Assembly (NCBI GenBank): GCA_020137815.1
Contig: CM035358.1
Location: forward strand, 4,650,001-4,714,000
Direction: 5' to 3'
Length of the DNA stretch: 64,000 nt
Origin: Hormiphora californensis
Taxonomy: Eukaryota; Animalia; Ctenophora
Positions 37,730 through 48,500 of the stretch are shown here, in pieces. A program made the position numbers and the translations under genes. Each line of letters opens with the position of its first letter. Position 1 is the stretch's first letter. The notes under the pieces are model-generated. The model did not search any database. It saw only the letters and a program-made list of their open reading frames with translations, and was not told the origin of the DNA.

Positions 37730-40726
37730 ATGTCTGAATTACCTCGGACCCGGTTTGGGGGCACGCCCGGACCTAGGAATACTGCCACCCCGGACCACAC
37801 CGCCTCCTCAACCACTCCGGGTCGAATGGGTTCAACCACACCCGGTAGAGGTGGACCCGGCACACCCAGTAGAGCGGGTAGTACCACACCTAGTAGGACA
37901 CCCGGTGGGGGCGGTACTACACCGGGTAGAGGTCCACTGAAGAGTAATATCAAACAGAGGAGCGTGTTAAGGACACCCGGCACGCCCAGTAATAGTGATA
38001 CACCAGGCAGAGGGACACCTAGGAGGACACCTAGTAGACGTCCAGCAGAGTCATTAGTCTTCAAGGAGGAGGTCCAGAAACACAACGGTACGTTGGGGGA
38101 ATTCATTCATTATTATTTAGTACTAGTATAACTAACAACGGTACGTTGCAAGATGAACAATGAACAAAATTTTGGGAGTTCATTGTTTGATATAACTATT
38201 ACCATCATCTGTCGTATGAATTCCTAGTTCCCTTATTCTGTTTGGTAACCATCTCAACTCCCTTTCCCTTAGTCCACACCCTGGTATTCCGATCACTGAA
38301 GAGGACCCACGATTTGTTCTTGTATGACCAGTGGGCTGCACTTCCCACACCAGATGATCTCAAGGTACAGTATTTGATCTGCCGAACCCTCACAGAGCGT
38401 CCTCTGTCATTATTTGAAATGCTGTATGAGCTACACAGAGGGAGATGCTTTTAGTCAGAACTGTTTCATTCGGCAGGACGAATATAACTGATATGTTTGA
38501 TCATTTCAGGCGTCTAGGAAAAGTTATAAACGGCAGAGCGAGTATGCATCAGTGAAAGACATGGACGCACCAGTTATTGCCAAAAAAGAGAACGTACCTA
38601 AAACACCCGGTAATTCTAAACACATTTTCTGGATTTGTAGATCTACTGACAGCCAACCGGAGAAGGATTACTAAATAACCCGCTTTTAAAACCTCCCTCC
38701 CATCTCAGGTAACGAATTGGTGGAAGTTACAACTCCTAAGAACAGCAGTACAGGAGAGAAGATCAGTAACGCCCTTGCTAATGCCAACCCTAACAACAAC
38801 AACAAAATGATAACTTTAGCCTCGCGTCGTGCCGCCCTTCCCAAACCCCAATGGCATGCCCCCTGGAAACTAATGCGGGTTATATCTGGTCATCTTGGCT
38901 GGGTCCGTTGTGTTGATGTGGACCATACTAATGATTGGTTTGTCACCGGATCAGCCGATCGGACCATCAAGATTTGGGATCTCGGATCGGGAACGTTGAA
39001 GTTGTCCCTGACCGGTCACATATCTACCGTTCGGGGTGTTGCAGTGAGCGATCGTCATCCGTATTTGTTTAGTTGTGGAGAGGACAAACAAGTGAAGTGC
39101 TGGGATTTAGAGCAGAACAAGGTGAGAGAATGAGACAGTGACTTATAGTGTGTCAGTAAGGTATTGAGTGTGTTGTGTATGTGTGCCACGGCGCAGTCAC
39201 ACTTTGAATGATATTTCAACGGAACGCGCGGTGACCCTCTCGTATTGAAATGTTGCGCTGTGAGTGCGTGAGATTTGTGCGCGGCGTGGGGCTATTTTGG
39301 CGCTCAATTACCGGTAGGCCCACGAATCATCATCAATGTTGACACTCAACTCCCTCCCCCTCAGGTTATCAGACATTACCATGGACATCTCAGTGCAGTT
39401 TACTCCCTGTCTATTCACCCTACTTTGGACGTCCTCTGCTCTGTCGGTAGAGACTCGACCTGTCGAGTTTGGGACATGAGAACTAAGTCTTGTATCCATA
39501 CCCTCACCGGACATACTAACACGGTGTCCAGCGTTCTGACCCAGGCGACGGAGCCACAAATTATTACCGCTAGTCATGACACAACTATGAGGTATGTCAA
39601 TTTGATTCGAAAAATATGATCTATCAGGATAAGAATTCCCTCTCTTGAGACTAATGACCAGTGACTCTGTTTCCCAGGTTATGTGATAATAATAACAACA
39701 AATTGAAACAACTTATTTCCAGGTTATGGGACATAGTTGCGGGAAAGACCCGGGCTACTCTGACTAACCACAAGAAGAGTATCCGATCCGTCGTGTTGCA
39801 TCCGAGCCAGTATACATTTGCATCTGCTAGTGCTGACAACATAAAGCAATGGAAATGTCCCGGGGGAGAGTTTATACAGAATCTATCGGGGCATAATGCG
39901 ATATTGAACACACTTGCACTTAACCAAGATGGAGTTCTCGTATCAGGTACTAATAATCAAAACCCTTGTATGGGTAACATTTTATTTATTATGTACAGTC
40001 GGACCCCGATTTAGGGGCCCCCGATTTAATGGCACCCCGATTTAGGGACAGGATTTTTTCCCCCAATATACGAAAATTAACATTATTTGAACCCGATTTA
40101 GTGGACACCCCGATTTAGTGGACAAGAGTCTTTCCCCCGAGGGTGTCCCTAAATCGGGGTCCGACTGTACATCAATTTTTAGTAACACTTCCGGGAGCTC
40201 CCACCCCTTATCATGTTCCAATCCTCCTTGTATTGGGAGACTCTTGTCACAATATTGTAAGAGAGCAAAACATCCCTACCCTTACTCAACAACCCTACCC
40301 TTACTCAACGCCCCTACCCCGTGTATAACTAACATGTGACATTGTTTAGGTGCGGATAATGGAACAATCCATTTCTGGGACTGGAAGACTGGTTACAACT
40401 TCCAGCGTGTCCAATCCCAAGTACAGCCTGGATCCCTTGATTCTGAGGCGGGAATATTTGCCATGAAGTTTGATAAGAGGTAAATTAATTAATTTGTTAA
40501 GTAATTAATTAAGTTATTACTGGAACTACTAGTTTTTCGTTTATTTTAAAAGTAAGGAATTTTCAATTCTGTAGTGTTCCAGATTTCTAACCTATGTCTC
40601 TCTTTCAGTGGAAGTCGTTTGATAACATGTGAAACAGATAAGACGATAAAGATTTATAAGGAGGATGACACTGCCCTTGAAGAACCGATTAACTGGAAAC
40701 CAGACTTACTAAGGAAGAAATATTAA
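37730..40726 (+). CDS. PLRG1: Pleiotropic regulator 1 (Prp46), WD40 spliceosomal protein
   Basis: [23 protein letters not shown]; [23 protein letters not shown]; [12 protein letters not shown]; [17 protein letters not shown]. Confidence 0.96.
39996..40167. mobile_element. CAGTCGGACCCC MITE, copy 3 (PLRG1 intron)
   Basis: Nearly identical to 23444-23616, TA TSD. Confidence 0.9.
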
Positions 40727-41099
40727 TGACATGTTAAAAAGAGAGGGACACACGCACGAGTTTTAATTTTTTATTTTTGAACGTTCTGAGAACGACTTTC
40801 TCTCTATCCCCCATGATGTTGTTGAGTGTTTGTCGCGTGTTGCTTTCCCCTTTACCCACCATCGACACTTAGATAAACTGTTTTAATTTGTGTTGAACCT
40901 AACAATTAAACGGTAGCCCCGGAAACAGTGTGGTGCAAGGTGCGCAATTCCTCTCGTCGGTCATGTTTACGGATATTTTTCCCATGCGCCGCGCGCCACA
41001 CTGCTGAAATACTGCTTTTGTTCGGATTCATGTCGCTGCGCGTGATGGAACAGTCGTGAAATGTAAACAGGGCTTGGCTGGCTATTTGGATAGGCCAAA

Positions 41100-42548
41100 T
41101 ATAAAACACTGCAGGTCACACCGTCACACTGCTTATTCTGGAACAATAGGTTCTCCGTTCTCTTGAGGAAAAAGGAAAATAACAGCGATTTCTGCAAAAA
41201 CATATGTCAAAAAGATACACATCTATACACAAAACAATTCTAAAACTATCAAAATTCTCCAAACTATATATACCATAATTCATATTTGATATTTCAAATG
41301 TCTCTGTAAAACACTGTACAGTAAAACTGCTCAACTAACTCCAAATAATGGATGTATTTTAAAATCGAAACGTTATCTTAAACAGTTTTTAATTAGTCCA
41401 GATCTGAAATCTCTGAATCTCCTGTCCTACAGCCCGAAATTATCCACATCAAGGTAGTTAGCATCTGAAAGCTAGATGCAATTCCGAGCTGCTGGAGAAC
41501 TTCTGATTTCTCCTTAAACTTCTTAAGCTTAGTATAATAGCAGTGCACCGAGTTTTTGGCGGTTCGTGAGAAGTCAATACATTCTGTCAAAGTAGTTAGG
41601 CATTTATCCCTCGCGTTGATACCTGAAATGTGTAAAAGTACATAGTACAGTTCGAGTAATGTCATTAGCTTCTTGGAGTATCTTTTTTTACTGCTTTTTT
41701 TAGTGGTCGGGCTTTCCTAACAGTGTCGTGTAAGATATAGAAACCGCTCACCTAAACTCCTCAAGCCAGCCTCAAGTATCATCTCAAAAACATGGGGCAG
41801 TCCGTAGACTTGAATACCGAATGAACATCAGCCTGCTTCTGGAGGCCATATGTTCTTTGAGCACTGAAAGAAACGAGTTGTTTTATATCAACATTAGGGA
41901 AAGTGAAGGGACAAAGTTTGAATTATGAAGCTGTACAATAAAACTAATTACCGGTTGAGCCATGAGGAAAAGTGCTGAGTAAAGTGCAGGGATGGTATCC
42001 TGATAGTGATCTAGCTGCTCCTTCAGTTCCCTGAAGAACGGTGTATCTGAATCCTAGGGGAAGAACGTCATATCATGTAGTTATTGGGAAACGTGTTTCA
42101 TTCGGAACTGGCAATACGCCAATGCATTGCATGTACACGCTTTCTATGTTACAAACGACACGCTGTTTTCGTGAAATTTGAGAGTTTCCGTCCAGTTATA
42201 CGACACATACCTAAAATACTGAACTATCTTAAAAAGGCACTTACTGCTAAGACACGTTTTTCAATCTCTTCCCGGGATGGAAGAAGGGGTGTTTTGAACA
42301 AAGTTCCTTCGCACTCCTATAAAATCAGAGAAGGGGTGAGTATAGAGAACATGTCGTAATCGTGATAAGAGAATCTGGTAGAGATGTCATAGCATTGGCC
42401 TGACTTGTCTGGTCTTTACCGGTAACACTAGTTCCCTTGTCAAATCCTCCTTCATTATACCACACCCCTCTCCACACTCCATTTGTTCAATGTCTTCCCG
42501 GGATCTTCTAACCCTGTGGTATTAGTGAGATCGTTACTTTTACTAGGG

Positions 42549-42579
<31 letters not shown>

Positions 42580-45500
42580 GTTCACAAATAGAACTCCTCG
42601 TACCCACAGAAAAAGAGGGTAGTATCTATGATAATCTTCCGACTAAAATACCTCTCGAGTTGTCTCCGGTAGGTGGCGACATTTCCAGGGGAAAGAGTCA
42701 CTAAACACTCTAGGTGGGTGATTCCGTTGGCGTCAATATTGATTGTTATTTTCACATCTCCTGTTTATGATGTTGGTGTGAATATGGGGATATGGCTGTG
42801 TGAGAGAGAGAAAAGAGGGACAGGAAGGGAAAGAGAGAATGAGATTTACACCGCCAAACATACCAGTTGCTCGTTTTGGTAAGTTGTGAAAGCAAAGTGC
42901 ACCAATAAAGTGGTTATCCTTGGCTAGAGGCCTTCCTCCCTCGTATACCTTTACCTCTCCCGACACACCCCCTGAGAAACATATGAGCTTAGTAAATCAA
43001 TCAATTTAAAAATAATCTTCTGTATAAGAGGGTGACCCCTAACAACTATCATGTTATCAATAAAACTGCTTGACGGGTATCACTTCCCAAGCCCGGAATA
43101 TTTGGATCGTGAAACCCACCTACAATAGTAGCATCAATGGTCTTCCTGCATGGAATAGTGGTGTTCCTTGGTATTACAGGGTAACAGCGACCCCTCTGGT
43201 CCTCGACAGTTAGGGTAGACGGGGTGACATCTAGTAGTAATAAATCACAGAACATTTCTTGACTTGGAGCCTTCTTTTTCATCTTTTTAAGTCTCATATC
43301 TCCACTCCTAATACAGTCATCTCTCCCTCCGAAACCTACATCTATCAAGTAATCCTCAAGCTCAATGCCTTGTTCAATTATTTCACTTGATGATCTTGAG
43401 TCACAATAAGATGGCACACCACCCAATTCAGCTCCATCCTCACATCTCATATCCATTAAGAATTCACACGGGGCACTGCGTTGTACCGACAGGCAATCTA
43501 GCTGCATTTCTATCTCAGGTGAGTGACATAGAACATCATGGGCAATTATAGAGTTTTCAGACCCACTAAACAGACCAAACCCATATTCAACATCTGACTC
43601 TGCATCTGACTCCTCCTGATCCAGTGAGAAAGAAGGAGTAGCAGCTGATTTGAACTGTTGTCGAGGAGCAGCACTGCACTTCTCGGGCTCAGTCAAGATA
43701 CTACCGGTTGTAGGGGAAGGAGGAGGCTCAGTCAAGATACTACCAGTTGTGGGGGAAGGAGGAGGCTCAGTCAAGATACTACCACATGTGGGGGGAGGAG
43801 GAGGCTCAGTCAAGATACTACCAGATGTGGGGGAAGGAGGAGTACTCACTGAGGTATCAGAACTGACACTTGATAAGCTAGAAGCTACTGGATAAGCAGT
43901 GCTCCCTCTTATTCCTCATTGAGGCAGCAAGTTTCATTTCCACCGACCTCCGTTCACCACTGAGGACGTGAGAGATCCGTTTTAGAAGAGCTACATGATG
44001 GCTTCGATGTCATCGACCTTTCTTTACTAAGAGATGAAGGAGGAGGAGAGAGGTCCGATCTAGAAGAGCTAGAAGATGAGGAACTATTCACGCTTTAGTG
44101 CGCACATATCCATACTAGGAGGTGAAGAGATCCGTTCTAGATGATGGAGCAGCAAGCCCCGTGGCCACTGAGCTAGAACTGGAGGGTGTTCCTGCAAACA
44201 CTTTCCGGTGGACAACACCACACTTTGGACTATCTGAAGATGAGCTCTCATCGGAACTATCACATTTTAGCAAGGCCTTCTCCTTTATAGCTTTGTTTCC
44301 ATAATCAGCAGTATCCAATGAAGATTTCGAACTTTTGAAGAAGCCCTCCATTTCTGAATCTGGATCTGAGGAGGATGTATCGCTATTATAGGACGCGGGT
44401 TGTACTGCAGCGGGAGCAGGAGGAGGAGCAGCTGGAGCACCAGGGGTAGGAGGAGAAAACCTCCGATGAGGAGCAGCAGATTTAAACATCCTCTGCTGTG
44501 GCACCACCTCACTCGGACCAGGGCCACCCCTCAGCCTCAGGACAAGGTGGAGAGTGCTCTCTTTTTGGATGTTGTAGTCAGATATAAGTCGGTTATCCTC
44601 GAGCTGCTTCCCAGCGAAGATAAGCCTCTGTTGGTCTGGTGGGATACCCTCTCGATCTTGGATTCTCTGTTTCAACTCTTCGATAGTCATACAACTCTCA
44701 AAATCGAGATTTACAGTTTTCCCTGTCAAAGTCTTGACATAAAGGGGACCACCACCTGTGTGGGGAGCTTGGGTCAGGATAGTCCCAGCGGTAATTCCAA
44801 GAGAGGAGAGTGTGCCACTTTGGGTCAACACTTTCCCATCTAATACCCAATTCACCCCGCCTGGTAATTGCTCGAGAGTCAATGTTTCCCTGTAGGGCAC
44901 CGGGACTACACTTCCATCACGCATCTGAAGAACAATATTCTGTTCCGGGTTTTCCACAATGGTAATGGTACTTGAAGAGGTTATACCCGTTATTGCCATG
45001 GTCTTGGTCTCGTCCTCAATGTAGCGACCAAGGAATACCAACTTTGTGGTGTCTTCAGCAGCTGTTCTTCCTGCCTTGTTCAGGCTCTTTACAATTCTCT
45101 TCTTCACATCAGATACAGGCATGGTGTCAATGAGAGGTGTTAGTATGGGAAGAGACCTGCTGCACTTAACCATGAGTGACGTCATTGTGACGTCACAATG
45201 TTCTCCAACACCTACCGCATCTCTAACACCACCCTTCTTTCCTAGCTCTACAACTCCACCAACACCCTGATCTGATCCTTCCTTCTCCTCCACCCACGCC
45301 ATGTAGGGTAACTTGTCTACACTCTCCAATATCTCACTTAGATCAACCGTTTTCTCGATCTCCTCTCCCTCTTCTCTCTCTTCGATGGCGATGAAACTCG
45401 TTAGCGGACACAAAATGGAATGTTCCAGGGAAAGTCCAATAATCTCCTCCTTCCTATCTCTAACCGCCCTCTCATGAGCCACTCTATCCTCCTGAAGCCG

Positions 45501-48500
45501 CCCTGAGAAGTAATCCTCAATTATAGATTTAGCTGCCAAGCAGTGCAGAGTGTTCCCATTAGTCACATTTAAATCCGGACAACTCACTATCGTCTCAATT
45601 TCCTGGCCTGCTACCATCGCTGAGAGGGTAGCCGCTCGACAGGTGGGCAAAAAGCCAAACACTGTGAGCCGTGTGTTATTGTAAAGGGAGGTGATGAACA
45701 GGGGCGACTGTCTGATATCCTCAGGTCCAATACCAAACACCTTCCAATTGATAGATGCGTTGCTAAGGGACGGTTCTGATACCATAGCAACCAGTTCTGA
45801 AACACCTGACTTCCATTTCCCTTTACCCTTGCAATCAAATACCTTCCCTGTACCACCTGAATTAGCAGCGATTGAGTCTAGTAGATGTTGGCTGGTAGAA
45901 GGGGCTAACATCGCACAAAACACTCTCTCAGTGTCCCGGAGTTTTCCAGCAAGAAAAAGCGTCAGACTGGGTAAAAGCAGGGATCCATCGCTAACCAACA
46001 CGTAATTTGTAATACACCCGGGAGTAGGGGGAGTGGCCAGTTTAGATGACAACAAACTGTGAAGATCTGCTGAACAACTCGACATGGTAGTAGCTCTTAT
46101 GAAATGTTGGCCCAGGTCCAAGTTCTTGTCACTCCGTTCCCGGGACCGTGGGAAAAGTTCCACACGTGCAGATGGAGTGATGGCAACGATATTAAACAGA
46201 CATTCCTCCGGGAGAGACTGAAGCAAGATAACAGAGAGAGCTTTCAGTTCATCCCAGTTTTTAGTAGCAGCACAACTTACCACTAGCACTACTTCAATTG
46301 TGTAAAGTGAGGTTAACTCGATTTGGGGGTAGAAGGTCAGCATCGCAGCCTCACTATTATTATCCCCTGATTTCTCAACCCACATGCGAGGTCGGTGTAC
46401 CTCTGCCAGTGCTATTCTCATCACAAAACCCTCCTGATCAACACCTCCAGCCCATTTTACAGAGCATACCGTGTCCGTCTTTTTTACATTCAACCTCCGA
46501 CCGGGGGAGGTGATATCAAGGATTTTAAAGGGCATTACAACGGATGCAGTTAAGGAGAATGGATCACCACTCTGACCCATCACGTGATGTGTGGCAGTAG
46601 TATTCTGGGTGAACTTGTTCTGTACAGCATCTCGTGAGGAAGAGGAGGTGTCGGCTGGGAGCTGGAATACAATGAAATCACCCTCCATTTGTAGTTGGGT
46701 AACGTACACGATTTTAATGTGAATGACATGTGATCCAGCTGGAATGTTGCCAAGCGACACGGAGAACAGGTCAGGTTTCTCCTGCTCCATCAGGTACGCG
46801 CCATCTCCTTCTTTAACCGCTTTCCGATACATCCTTCTAGCTTCCTCCTTCCTTTGAACCCTCCCAACAACATGTTTTCTCCCAATAAAGGCCTCAAACC
46901 CACACACAGCTGACCCCCCGGCGAGAGGGAAGACATATCGGGCCTCCTGTTGGGATCTCAAGATGCAGGTGTAGGTTTGGACGAGGGTAACCTTGGCAGC
47001 CAGATCTGTCAGTTCCGCCTGGACAGTTAGGGAGCCCTTGATGTTGGATGTGGTGTTGGGGATTATCAAACCGGTCCGTTCCTCACTGACACATGTGTCA
47101 TCCCTGACGGACTGGCAGATTGAGGTTACCTGGTGGGGAGAAATGAAATATTGAGAATCGAAATATTGATATATAAGAGTTCAAGCTAGGTTCAAGCTCC
47201 CGAGTCCTGACCCTGGCTAGATATGAGTAATCATCCGAATAGTTTATTGTCTGATAACTAATTATTAAGGCAAAAGAAAAGTACATACTTTCTTCCAATC
47301 ACCAGGTTCCCCGGCCGGTTCAGCTGGTTTAGGGTTGGACAGACATGATGGGGTGTTCGCTATAATACCAATAATAGCCACTGAGTCAGGGTCAAACAGA
47401 CACAACTCCGAGTCCGTGAAATGGGACGTTGAATCATCTGAAGGTAAGGCTAGGTTGAAGGTCAAGTGAGAAGTGGGTGAAGGTCTGGAGGGTATCGTGC
47501 AAATGTATCGAGGACAGATAATGTTTGAGTAAGCAAGGGGAGAACTTCTACGGAGAAGGGGGTTATACTAAAGGCATGTTTAGAATGGCATCCTAGATAA
47601 CTGACCTGATTGGGGTACTGCAAGAACCGAATCAAATCCAACTGGTGGCCAGGTTAGCCCAACTAGAGGCTGAGTTGTTTTGAAACTCTTCCCAGGGTCA
47701 GCCTTACACTTGATGATCACATAGTGCTGAGCATCCTTCGCGTACTTCAGACAACCACTAAAGTCAGAAAGAGAGGTGAAAGTTTAGATAACCCTCTCCA
47801 AAAGTTGGGCACGATCTTCAAACTTTCGATCATTCGATCACGAATTTTACGATTGAAAATGTATCCTGTGCAGTGTGTACCACGGGAGATGTTACTGAGC
47901 TGTTACAATAACATTTGATGTTGACGCCCGCGCCAACTGCTGCACACTCACCCTTTTTCCTTCTAGAGAATTCTGAAAAATTTGCTCACTCCAGGGGTGG
48001 CCCTCTCTCTCTCTCTCTTACCCTCTCTCTCTTTCACCTACACGATTGTAGGGCTGAAGTAGATTCCATGTCCAAGATAACCTTGATCTCGTCTCTCAAC
48101 TCCCAAATCATCAAGGACCTAAAAAATTATCAATTTAAACCCTTTTTACCGAAAAATTTAATCCCTTTCACAAGATTCTGATCCTACAACCGCCAAAATC
48201 CCCCGCCACGAAATATATAATATAATATATGATATACAGTGATGGACAAAAAATGGTTCCCGATATCGTAAAGCGCTAAAATATAGCCTCACCATGGTTG
48301 GCAGAACGAATCCTCGAGTTAGGATGCTGATGAGGTTGCTGATAGGAGTGAGATGATAAACTGTCATCGCGCTATAACTTTGGACCAAGTGGGGCGGAGA
48401 GAGGGCATGTTTGACAGGGTACTCTCTGAACCCCAAACCTGAAACAATGTGGATATTTGTACTGCTCTTATTATTTAGGTGAATCCTTAATGTTCGCTAA

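Noticed and set aside
41828-41830. In-frame TGA as selenocysteine or readthrough
   Set aside because: No SECIS identified and other lesions lie nearby; error or decay is more parsimonious
44523-44747. Independent ubiquitin gene or processed pseudogene
   Set aside because: Embedded in frame in the 984-aa ORF, with no own Met/stop, poly-A or TSD
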